Shown here: positions 33,513 to 46,500 of the stretch, in pieces
How the letters are laid out: every line of letters starts with the position of its first letter
How positions within the stretch are numbered: position 1 is the stretch's first letter
Assembly: GCA_050084985.1 (NCBI GenBank)
Contig: JBITNC010000002.1
Location: forward strand, 39,494,001 to 39,558,000
Direction: 5' to 3'
Length of the DNA: 64,000 bases
From: Nageia nagi
Taxonomy: Eukaryota; Plantae; Pinophyta
The notes under the pieces: model-generated
Told to the model about the DNA's origin: nothing
Seen by the model: only the letters and a program-made list of their open reading frames with translations
Database searches by the model: none
Made by a program: the position numbers and the translations under genes

Positions 33513-34603
33513 ATTATGAAAATTTTTAATCTCTATTCTGGGATCTACTTTAGTCTCTAGGCTCTCCTCCTTCATTCTGGGCTCTATCTCCATACCTTGG
33601 TGTACATCTTCTTTAGCCTCTATTGACCCATGCTTTGGGACTTATTGATTGGAGTTTTTATCTCCCGAAATCTAGGCATTACGTCAATATCTCTGGGCAC
33701 TATTGTATCTGCAGGTCTTCTGGGTCGTGGGTGCTATTGGCCTCTCATGGTTCGGGCATTGTTGTATCTTTAGATCTTCTAGGTCTCGAATGCTATTGGC
33801 CTCTTATGCTTCGAGCACTACTACTTGCGCTTCTAGGATTTGTTTTTTGGGCATTATTATTACTTCTCAAACTTTGAGATTTAATTGCATCTTCTTTGAG
33901 TGTTAATTTTTTGAGACTTCATTAGTGACTCCAGGCTTTACCAAACCCCATACTCCAGGATATCCTTTCTGGGCTCTATCTCTTCCAAGCAGTAACAAAC
34001 CTCAAGAACTATTTTTTTCCTTTCAAGTTGTAGGTATTGATAACACTACCATTTTTGGTGAGTGACATCACCATTTTAAATTCCAGATCCTGGGACTTAT
34101 TACACTATCACATCCCTCTTGCATCGAAACTCAAATTTACGCTATGAAAATGTTCCTATAAGGGATTTCTACCCCATAATTAAATGCTTAATCATCAACA
34201 CTAGTTTATGAACATCGACATTAACATTTTTGTATAAAAATGGTTGATCTACCTTTTGCAACTATTTAATGTGTTTTAGATGTCGTGCATTTCTACTCTA
34301 CAAAAAGGATGACAGAATGCGTGCATGGAGCCATGTTGCATTTGATTATATTTTGACCAAGTAGCACTATGTAATATTTTATTTTACTATAAGCCTAGAT
34401 AGCCTATTTATAAGCTAAGGATGGAGGAGCAAATTAAAGAGTGTATGTTTTCTTGTTAGCTCAAAGAGAGCATTGTAAAAAATTTACTTCTCTGTAATAC
34501 AAACAATATTTTGGTCTCCTATTTATCTTGCTGTTTATTTTGCCTATGGTTAGCCTCACTATGCTACACACATTATTTATTCTCTTCTTTTCAAAATCTT
34601 TAA
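33513..34603 (+). repeat. 5' LTR of copia element 2 (first ~140 bp missing)
   Basis: Collinear with 38845-39987 and ends directly before the PBS. Confidence 0.85.
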
Positions 34604-37600
34604 TTGGTATCAAAGCGAGGAGATTTATTGGGTTAAATGGATTTCAAGCAAGAAAATTCACTGTAGTTGCAGATTCCCATTTTCATTAGAGATCATTATG
34701 AGTACTGGTGCATTTGAATGCGGACATTTCTTATCTCACAAGACCTATGGACATTTGTTTCCTAGGGATTTATCGACTCAGATGAAGTTGTCTTTGCAAC
34801 CATGATTGTAGATGGAAGAAATAAGTGTTGGAGAATCGTAAGAAGGATGCTAAGGCATTATTTTCCGTCCATTTTGGGATAGATATGTCCATCTTCCCCA
34901 AAATTGCAGAGTGTAAGACTTCTAAGGAAGCATGGGAGATCTTAGAGATCACATACAGAGGATTAGCTAAGGTCCATGTGGAAAAGCTCTAGATTTTAAG
35001 GAAGGAGTTTGGAACTCTCCATATGAGAGAGGAAGAAAATATAAGTTTCTTTTTTTCCAAGATCCAAGATCTTGTAAATGCCCTCCATTCACATAATAAA
35101 AAGATGGGAGACACCAAAGTTATTGAAAAGGTGCTTCGAAGCTTGCCCAGAAGGTTTGATCCCATTACCACTGCCATTGAAGAAGCAAAAGACTTGTCCC
35201 AACTCATGCTTGTGGAGTTATAAGGTAGTTTAACTACCTCTAAATATAAAATTAGTGACAAAGTTGAGTCTTTGGACCAAGCTTTCCAAGGATAGTTGAG
35301 AATGAAGGGCCAAGAGCCCTCTTCATCAAATCCTAGTTCTCCTTTATCCTCTCATGGAAGAGGTGGATTACCATGAGAAAGAAGCAATGGTCAAGGTAGA
35401 GGTATAAGAGGTCATGGAAGAGGCCATTCTAGGGGAAGATCACAAAATGACACCACTAGACATTATGACTTCTGTAACAAAGATGATCACATAGAATCAC
35501 ATTGCTAGAAGAAGAATTCCTAGCTCAAAGCTCAGTATGTTGAAGATCAAGTTGAAAGTAGCATGTTCCTCACCTATAATAGTTTTCAACCTGAAGAAGA
35601 AGATGTATGGTACTTGGATAGTGGTTGCTCTAACTACATGACTAGAAACAAAGCCTTATTTCTTAATTTTGACACCTCTATCACAAGCTAAGTCAGATTT
35701 GGTGACAACAAAAGTGTCGACATCCACGGTAGAGGAACTATTACCTTTTAAGTCTAAAGCTAGTAAGATAGTTTATATGCATAGCACTCTCTTTATTCCT
35801 AGCCTTAAGCATAATTTGTTAAGTATTGGCTAGCTTAGTATAAGGGGTTATATAACCACCTTTAGAAAGAAAGGGTGCACCATAGTAAAAGAGGCTAATA
35901 ACCAACTTATAGTCAACATCTATATGACTGAAAATAGGATGTATATGCTCAAGATGACACCTGTAGCAAGTTGTTTAAAGGCATCCATTGATTTCACGTG
36001 GTTATGGGCATAGAAGATTTGGTTATTTAAATTTTCACTCTTTAAATGGTCTACACAAATTGATGAGAGGCCTTCCTGCCATCTCCCATACACCTAGTGA
36101 GGTTTGTGAAAGTTGTGTTGCAGGTAAGTAACACAAAGTGAAGTTTCCAAAGCACCAATACAAAGCTAAGTACCCTCTTTAGCTGGTGCATGTAGACTTG
36201 TGTGGACCAATGCAGACTCCCAAGTAAGGTGATAAGTCTAGATATATGCTCATTTTTATTGATGACTTCTCTAGGATGAGTTGGCTTTATTTACCATAAA
36301 ACAAGTTAGACTCCTTTGAGAGCTTTTTGAAATTTAAATCTCTTGTTGAAAAATAGTATTGCTATTTTATTAAGAAGTTTAGAATTGATAGAGGAGGAGA
36401 ATTTATTTCAAATGAATTTTAGCAATTCTACCATTAGCATGGTATTGTTAGATAATATATGATTACCTACACTCCACAGTAGAATGGAGTGGCTGAATGA
36501 AAAAACTGGACAGTTGTTGAGATGGCTAGATGCATGATAAAAGAAAAGGGCAATCCCAATAGTTTTTGGGGTGAAGTAGTACATGCTATAGTTTATATTC
36601 TAAATAGGTATCCCACTCAAGTTTTAAAGGACACCACCCCTTATGAAGATTGGTTTAGTGTACAACCAAACATTTCTCATCTTTGGATATTTGGCTCAAC
36701 CTGTTTTAGGAATGTTTCAAAAGAAAATAGGAAGAAGCTTGATGAGAAATCTATCAAATGCATTTTAGTGGGATACTCTGAAGCATCAAAGACATATAGA
36801 TGCTATGATCCACTTAGTGGCAAGATTCACATCAACAGAGATGTGATTTTTGAAGAAGGGGACATAATCAATCAAGAAAATGGTGCTAAAGACACCATTG
36901 CTAAATTCCAACTTGATGAAGATTATGAACCTCCTCACACTCTGCACCTCCTCCTCCTCAACCTTCCTCACCATCTACATCAACCATTAGCTTAGCATAG
37001 TAGGCACATCCAAACCTAGTCTCCTATTGCTCATACTCCATTAGCCAAAAATAAGTGGACAAGTGATCGCTATCATCCTCCATCATTTATGTTGGACAAA
37101 GAGCTCAACAAAAGAATGACCCGATCACAAACAAGAGCTAGAAATCAAGAGGTAAATATCTCTTATGCATTAATGGCTTCATTTGTTGAGCCTTTTCATA
37201 TACTAAATTTGTTGTTAATGAGGATTGGAAGAAATCCATGGAGGATGAGATTGAGCAAATCTAAAAGAATGACACTTGGGAACTTGTACCTTCTCCCAAA
37301 GAGAAAAAGGTAATTAGTGTCAAATGGATTTATAAATTAAAGCATAATCCTAACAAGAGTGCTGCTAAAGCACAAAGGTCATCTAGTTGCTAAAGGACAT
37401 GCTCAGAAGGAAGGGCTAGATTATGATGAGACTTTTGCACATGTGGCCAGGATAGAGATTGTGAGATCTCTACTTGCACTAGCCTCTCATTTTGGATTGA
37501 AAATCTATCAAATGGATGTTAAATCTACCTTCCTAAATGGATATTTGAAGGAGGTTGTTTATGTTAAGCAACTTGAAGGATTTATTATTCCTAATCAAGA

Positions 37601-38706
37601 AAAAAAGGTGTATAAACTCATAAAGGCTCTCTATGGCCTTAAATAAGCACCTCGGGCATGGTATGCTCAAATTGATGATTACCTTCAAAAAAATAGTTAT
37701 CAAGAGATCTCAATAGAAGGCACACTATACACAAAATTTGAAGCTAGAACTTCTTTATTTTATGCTTGTATGTTGATGATATCATTTTTACTAGCACCTT
37801 TGATGCTATGATAGATCAATTTAAGAATGCTATGATCATGAATTTGAGATGAGTGATCTTGGAGAGATGAATTATTTTTCTAACCTACAATTCAAGAAAT
37901 CCTCCAATGGAATTTTAATCACTCAATCCAAATATGTGGAAGATCTACTAGCCTACTTCAATATGCAAAGATGCATACCCGTTAATACACTAGTTGTTAT
38001 CAAAGCTAAGCTTTTTAAGGAAGACTCCTCTCCACATGTTGATGCCACTATGTACTATCCTTAATAGGTAACATTATGTATCTCATTACTACCAAAATAG
38101 ACATCATGTTTATTGTTAGCAAAGTAGCTTGATTCATGCACTCACCACATCAAACACATTAGATTGCAGCCAAGCAGGTCCTGTGTTATGTGAGTGGCAC
38201 ATGTCAATATGGGCTATGGTATAAATCCTCAAACTAAGCAATGTTATAGGCCTATACAGATGTTGATTGGGTTGGATGTCTTAATGATTGAAAGAGCACA
38301 TCAGATTACAAATTCTTCTTTGAAGAATCTTTAGTCTCATGGAGCAGCAAGAAGCAACCCACTATTGCATTTTCATTCAGCAGAAGATGAGTAAATTTTA
38401 CCTCTGCCACTTGTGCATAATCCATTTGGCTTGCCCATTTGTTTGAATATTTGGGTATGGATATTGAGCTCCTCATTTTAGTACACTATGAAAATCTCAA
38501 CATGATTTCCATGACCAAGAACCCTGTATTTCACAGTAGTAAAAGGCACATTGATATATGCCATCACTTTATGAGAGATTTGGTTGAAGATGTTTTATCC
38601 AATTTACTGGTTTCAAATTGTATACATATTTACAAAACCATTACCCAAGGATCATTTCTTCTAAATTTAGATCCAACTTGGAGTCCAAACCTTAGACATT
38701 AGGGGG

Positions 38707-39987
38707 TGAACATTGGCAAATCTTGACAAGCTAGGATATTGATTAGACTCTATATATATTGCATGTCTTTAACTTTGTTTTTCTTTGTATTTATTTTTTT
38801 TGGCAAAAGATAAAGTGTTCTCATTTTTTCATGGAGATTAAAGAGGTTATTGAAAATTTTTAATCTCCATTCTAGGACTACTTTAGTCTTTGGGCTCTCT
38901 TCCTCCATTTGGGCTCTATCTCCATACCCTAGAGTACATCTTCTTCGACCTCTATTGAACCCCATGCTTTGGGACTTATTGACTAGAGTTTTTATCTCTT
39001 GAAATTCAAGCACTACCTCAATATCTTTGAACATTATTATATATGTATGTCTTCTGATTCCTAAGCATTATTAGCCTCTTGTGCTTTGGGCACTACCTCA
39101 ATATCTTCGAGCATCATTGTATCTACATATCTTTCGGTCTTGAGCACTATTAGCCTCTCACGCTTCAGGCACTACTACTTGCACTTTTAGGATTTTTTTT
39201 TCGAGCATTGTTATTACTTCTTGAATTTGGGATTTAACTACATCTTCTTTGGGTGTTAATTCTTTAGGAATTCTTTGGTGACTCTGAGCTTTACCAAACC
39301 CCATGCTTTGGGACATCCTTTTCAGGGCTCTATCTCTTCTAGGTAGTAACAAACCTCAAGAACTATTTTTTACCTTTCAAGTTGCAATTATTGATAACAT
39401 TCATCATTTTTGGTGAGTGACATCACCATTTTAGAGCTCAAATCTTGGGATTTATTACTCTATCACATCCCTCTTACATTCAAACCCAGATTTACATTGC
39501 AAAAATGTTCATATAAGGGATTTCTACCTTGAAATTAAATGCTCAACCATCAACACTAGTTTTTGAACATTAGCATTAACATTTTTGTACAAAAATGGTT
39601 GATCTACCTTTTGCAACCATTTAATGTGTTTTAGATGTCATCATACAAGGGTATGGGCTTCCTTTACTCTCTGTAGAAAGGATGATAGAATGCATGCATG
39701 GAGCCATGCTATATTTAATTATATTTTGGCCAAGTAGCATGTATGTAATATTTTATTTTAGTATAAGTCTAGATATCCTATCTGTAAGCTAAGGATGGAG
39801 GAGCAAATTAAAGATCTGTGTATGTTTTCCTTGTTAGCTCTAAGAGAGCATTGTAAAAATTTTACTTCTTTTGCAATACAAAAATATTTTGGTCTCTTAT
39901 TTATCTCATTGTTTATTCTACCTATGGTTATCCTCATTGTGCTTTGGCTATACACATTATTTGTTCTCTTCTTTTCAAAAATTTTCA
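38707..39987 (+). repeat. 3' LTR of copia element 2 (~1.28 kb)
   Basis: Begins TG after the PPT and ends ttttCA. Confidence 0.85.
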
Positions 39988-42900
39988 TATTCTAGTATAA
40001 TTAAGTAGAATACATTATGAACAAAATCATATATTATTTGTATCTTGGGATTTAGAGAGATTGATATTTGATAAAATCAAAATGTTGTATTTTCAATATT
40101 ATTGGATAAAGTAAGTTATTAATAGTTTTTATAGAATTGGGTAGGAGTTTAGAATATTGTATGATGGAATTTGAAGATAGAATTACACTAAAATTTTATG
40201 TGATCTAGATGCAAGAGAATAAATAGATTATGATTTGGATTTGATTTGAGGCCTCTTAGGTTTAGAATCGAATATGAGGTGATGATATTCAAAAGATCTA
40301 GATATGGGGAATTGGGATTTGTCTATTTTATTTTAAATAAAATAATATGATACTAAGTGATGGTTTCAAGAGATCTAGTTCTTAGGAGGAAATTAAATTA
40401 ATTAATATTAATGCATTTGATATGAATAAATGATGTTATCTTGAAATGAAGATAATATCTTAATTAAGATAAGAATATCTAGGTATAAGATATTCTTAAG
40501 ACTTGGCAAAAAAGTTTTGTAAGGTTACTCCAAATGGAATATTATTATTGATATTCTTTTTAAGAATGACATAAACCCTTAGGTCAATGGAGGGATATCT
40601 TAGTGAATAATATTCAAGTGAACTTTATAGAAAATGTTTATGTGTAATGAAATGGAACTTATAGTGGTATTTTGGATAGAAGTTTCCTCATCTATCATCC
40701 TTCAAAGTTCTACAAGTCGATGAACCTTGTGATTCGTGTAAAGATAAAAGATATTTTGTGCATAAAGAGAAAAAAGGAATATTTTTAAAAGAATATGAAT
40801 GATCCAAAGATCATATAATATTTATGGCTTCTTGAATTCTAATAAACTAAAAAAATAGGAATGTACTATTATGTAAATTGATGCATTGTAAATAATAAAA
40901 TGATCATTTGCACGATGTTGGTTGTGAATTTTCCTTCTTGATGTAACATCAAAAGATTCTTACCTTATTTAAATTATAGTATTATTGATGAATTTATTTA
41001 TCAATGGACTCCATTGTGAATGATTAAACATGGATTAAACTAGTTATTAATTATTATAAATGGTGATTATTTCTTATGATGTTAAAAGTAATTAAATATG
41101 TAATGTTCTTTTAGCAATATAGTATATTTTTAGTTCAATAAACAAATGAAGTTTTTATATACTTTAATGAGAATAAAATATTATTTTTAGGTAAAATAAC
41201 TTAATGGATATGAAATAATAATACTTGAATAAGTATGAATATTACTAGTTTGGTCTATTGATTAGTATATAAAATAATACCTTCATTAAACTTAGAAAAT
41301 AAATAAGTAATAAATGAACTATTGTGTTCAATTATTATTATTAACTTGAAAATAACCTTGAATTATATACCTAAAGGAAAAGAAAAAAAAATTCATATGA
41401 TTCCAAAAGGGGACTCGAGCGGTTGTTTTCAACAATCACCCTATGCCCTTCCTTAATAGAAACGCAAGTGGGTTGTGTTAGAAAGCATGCTCAGGAATTT
41501 CTTAAACTAGTAAAGCATGTTAAAAAGATTTGGTTTTTGAACCACATGATGAATGTGGGACAAAAATATGATTTTAATAAATAAGCATTAATATGAAATA
41601 CCTTATCAAACTAGCTTTCCATATCTAAAGTTCTAAACCACTATGATTTGTTAACTATATTGGATTATTCTTAAGTATATACAAAGAAGTAATGTTATTT
41701 GATGATGTATATTTTATTTGTAAGTTATGAATAAAGTTGATTGAATTCAATAGATATTTACATGAGAAATATTGGTATTAATATGAAATATTTTTCTAAC
41801 TTATGAAGTATATTAGAATATTATAAAATACTTTCAGTGGCATTGATAAATATTGTATTTAAGCCTTGAAACCTAATTGTATGTATTCTTAGTTCCTTAT
41901 ACAATTTGGTTGTCTACTTAAAGATAACTTCAAATTTTAATGATTTATGGTCAACTTGGTGATGACCATTAAAATCTAGCTTGGAATGTTAGGTGAACTA
42001 GGACTAGATTTTACCTTGAGTTAATGAATTAACTTAGATTAAGCCAAAACACCTAGGATGTGGTTAGCAAGTGATGCTAACATATCAATCTTTATACTCT
42101 TAAGAGATATGGGTAAGAGTGTATCAAGGGATAAATAGTGGGATTAGTCAATAGATTTGGATAGACTAGCAACACATATCCTTTGCTAAGGGATATAAAG
42201 GGATAACAGTAAAAAAATATACACCCATGTTTGGTGGTGACATAGGGTAGTAGTCATTTCAATTCATAGTGAAAAGTAAAAGGATACATGATTATTCTAT
42301 CAATGATGTGTTATGTTAATATTTTTGTTATGGATGGATTATTCATTGGATGATGATGAATAATTTATGGAAGTACATTATCTTGGATGATATAATGAGA
42401 TGAAATTTGTAATAGAGGGACATGATTAGTTGTCTCTTTTAATAGTGGGGTGTTTTTAGATAGTGAACTCCATAAATGTTAAGTCAGGCTTACAGCCAAT
42501 TTGGTCACTTAAGTTTCATCTAGCTAATGATATAAAGGATCAATATGGATTACTCTTATCTACTTAAAAACTTGATATAGGTGTATCATTTTTTAAAAAA
42601 AATAGGTTCTAATTTTGGTTAAGTGTGTGTTAGTTTATCAGTGTGTTATAACAAGGAGCATTCATGCTACTAGGGCATAGATGTTGCTTTGTTACAAAAT
42701 GTAATGAAAATGAAACCTTGTACAACATAGATAATTCATCAAGTGTAGATGAGATATCTAAGGGAATCTAATGATTAAGAATCACAATAGGAAGTATATG
42801 ATAAGGTAAACAAGAAACTAAAATACATTCACATTAATAGTGCTTGTATTTAGGGTACATTATTAAATATTGCAAGTACAAAGGAAAATGATTAGGTAAG

Positions 42901-43569
42901 AATAAGAAACATATGGTTAAACTTCCTTTAGACTTGAGAATAACTTCTAAGATGAATAAGAAGAAATCAAGAATGAATAGCTCCTCCATATCAAAATCTA
43001 AATTAAAATATAATCAAAAATATATTTGAAATCAGGATTAGAAGATAGTGATTTAAACTCAAGTGAGGCATCAATAAACATGGTGGAAATTATGCAATTA
43101 TCAAAATATCTTAGAAGAAACTCCATGCAAGGAATAAGAGCATTCATGTTGAGGGTAGTGCTAGCACTAGTGGTAGCAATTGTGCTCATATAATAGATCA
43201 AACATCTCCATTTTTTATTCTTTCCTCATTAGATCTTGTCCATGTAGATGTGTTTTAGATAAAAGTTATAATTTTGGATACAGTAGGGTAAGGACTAAGT
43301 TTTCAAAAAGATATCCCAAGAGAAGGACTACCAAATACTTTCAACCTCATGCATACTTTGGATCAAAGGTATAAGATATAGTAGGTTCTCCCCTCCTATA
43401 TTAGTTTACCTTATCATTTTTGCACTAGAAGTAGGAGGAGTAGGCATATGTAGTTATAGAGGGGAGGGTGTTCAAAGAAGAATGACATGGTTGATCTAAT
43501 TTTATGATAGGTTTGGGGGTATTATCAATTCCTCCTCAATTAAGCAATGAAGTAAACTTAGTTGAATGA

Positions 43570-46500
43570 AGATATAATAGACATTAACTTGGGGACCAAA
43601 AAGATACCAAGGTTATCAAGATTGGGCATGGTTCAATGACCCAAAATAAAATACTATAATAAGTTTATGCTTATATTTGGGGAATGTTTTACATGGATTT
43701 ATGATGATATGTTTGAGCTTGACCTTGAGTTTGTAATGCATATTATGATAGTTTGTGAAGATGCAAAATTGATTCAAAAGAAAACAAGGCCTACGTATCC
43801 TAATATGGCTATTTTGGTTGAGAAGAAGATAGATAAATATATCAAATTTGGATTCACTGAGCTCATTGATTATTCACTTTGGCTATCCAATATAGTCTCA
43901 ATCATGAATCCAAGTGGAGAGGTAAGATGTTGCACAAATTTTAGAGACATCAACAAAGTATGCCCCAAGGATAATTTCCATCTTTCTCACATTGACATGA
44001 TTATAGATTCAATAGTAGGTATGAATGTATCTTGTTTATTTATGGCTTTTCAAGATACACTCAGATAAGAATTAATCTAGATGACATGTGTAAGATAACA
44101 TTTTACACTTATAGGGTAAAATTTATTATAAATTCATACCCTTTGGTATCAAAAATGTAAGAGTAATATATCAAAGATGCATGATACCCATGCTTCATAA
44201 TTTGATCCATAAAATAGTTGAAGTGTATGTGTATGACATATTAGTTAAATATAACATAAAGGAAGATCATATCAAAAGATTTAGAAGAAGTTTTTGAAGA
44301 GATTAGTAAAGTATAAGCATGATTTAAATCTCATAAATATGTTTCTAGAGTTTCAAGTGGAAATTCATTGGGCTCCATTATCTCCAAAAGTGAGATAGAA
44401 GTAGACCCTAAGGAGGTAAAATCCATAAATGAAATACCTTATCTAAATACTCTCAAGATACTAAGAAGTTTCAAAGTAAATATGACTTATATAAGAATAT
44501 TCATATCTCAGTTGGCAAATAAGATTGCTCCATATAGCCACTTGCTTAAGAAGAATGTCAATATTGTTTGGGACAAGAAATACCAAGAAGCCTTTGATGT
44601 TATAAAAAGACATTTACTTAATCCTCTAAGTTTAGCTCCTATTGATCATTCCAAAACTTTGTTATTATATATCTTAGGTATAGATCAAGCCTTGGGGCTA
44701 ATGTTAGCTCAAAAAGGAGATGATTATAAACAAAGGGTAGTTTACTATGTTTCTAAAATATTTCTTGAGCATGAGAAGAGATATACTTAAATTGGGGGAA
44801 ACTTTGTTATGCTATTGTATATGCTAGTGAAAAATTAATGCATTGAATGATAGCACAATATTTGTGGTAGCTCAAATTGATCACCTAAAATTTATATTAT
44901 CACATATTCAAGGAAATCCAATAAAATGAGTGATATTATTGCAAGAGTTTGATCTCTTTTATGTGCATCAAAAATCCATAAAAGGACATGTCATAGTTGA
45001 TTTATTAGCCAATTCTCTATGTAAAGACTTCATTCCTTGACAAGAACAATTCAAAGATGAATTTGTAGCCTTTGCAAAAGAATATGAGGAGGTATAGACT
45101 TTTCCTTTGATGGTACAAAGTACCTTAAAGGGGTTATTGCAAGAATAGTGTTTAATTAATCCTCAACAAGGGATTATTCCCATGGCATATCAACTCAATT
45201 TTGAATGTAAGAATAATGTGGCTGAGTATGAGAATTTGATCTTAGATATGAAGGTAATAGTCATACTGAATACTCAAAACTTGATCATATACAAAAATTG
45301 TCAATTAGTAATCAATCAAATCAATAGATTTCACAACACCAAATATGAGAAGTTAATCTCATACAAAGAGTTCGTTGAGGAGTTGACACAAGTATTTTTA
45401 GCCATAAATTTTCACTTATAACCAAATATTAGAATTTATAACTTTAAATTTGGCTAATTTTGACTATCAAAATTAGTTCCAAATCACCAAAATTTGGTTA
45501 AAAAAAATCATTTTTAAAGCTCAATTCATCAAAAGTTTAATATTATTTAAAATTTTAAAATTTAATTCACCTTTTATTAAACAAAAAATGATCATATTCA
45601 CTATAATTTTATAATTAAATTTTTGAAATTGAAAAAAATGCCAAAATATTATAAAACTTAAAAGCTAAAAGAAAGATATGAAAATTCAAATCCCTTGATT
45701 AACTGTGGAAACCTTAAATCTTAAAAGAATCTCTAAAAATCTGAATCCCTAAACTAAATATAGAAATCCTAAAAGATAAAATGAATCCATAAAATCATAA
45801 ACCATATCTATATGAATAACCCTAAAAACCCTAAATGGTATAGCATTCCCATATGAAAATTCCCTTAAAGCTTGTTGTAATACTAATGGACACTAAATCC
45901 TAATCCAAACCTAGCCTTTCTACAATCACTGCGACCATTTACAAAGAATATATAGAAAAAATATGAGAATTTAACTTAATTTTAGATGCTTTGTTTTATT
46001 TTATTTTTTTATAATAGATTATATCTACAACCATCTAGGTGCACCTTCAACCAATTTTTCAAGCTTCGAAGAATGGTTGTAGATGTAACTTATTAGCCTT
46101 GGTTGCATATGCAATTGATGGGTTACATATGTAAGTTGATAACTTACATCTACAACCTACAAATTGATATAATAGGGTACCATAGTATGGTGGAACCATG
46201 TTGCCAAACCAAATGGAAGCACCACATTGTCATCCAGTAGCAAGGTGCCATTGAAAGGTAGCATCATGTTGTCATTCGATAATAAGGTACCACCAGATGA
46301 TAGCACCATGCTTTTCACTACTACATTTTGGCCATTTTTTCAATCTTGCATCATAAAAAAAAAACATTTTTGATATCATGAAGCAACATATGTCACTATA
46401 TAGAATGCCTACATCAAAGGATATCAAACAAATATGTTGATGCTTATTTTGACATTTCAGATGATGCTATGAGTGATGCTTTCTTTTTAGAAAAATGATG

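Larger units (their letters stand above)
33513..39987 (+). mobile_element. Older Ty1/copia LTR retrotransposon (Ivana/Oryco-like) with long LTRs; 5' LTR truncated
   Basis: PBS tggtatcaaagc at 34605-34616. Gag VIEKVLRSLPRRFDPITTAIEEAKDL, protease WYLDSGCSN, integrase LVHVDLCGPM and FIDDFSR, RT QMDVKSTFLNG and LYVDD, RNase H KNPVFH..RHID. PPT aggggg at 38701-38706. LTR homology between 33513-34603 and 38845-39987. Confidence 0.93.

Noticed and set aside
38750-39352. Minus-strand ORFs with repeated SQSMGF as an antisense protein
   Set aside because: They lie inside the copia LTR and reflect its internal repeats. No matching ORFs are listed for the 5' LTR.
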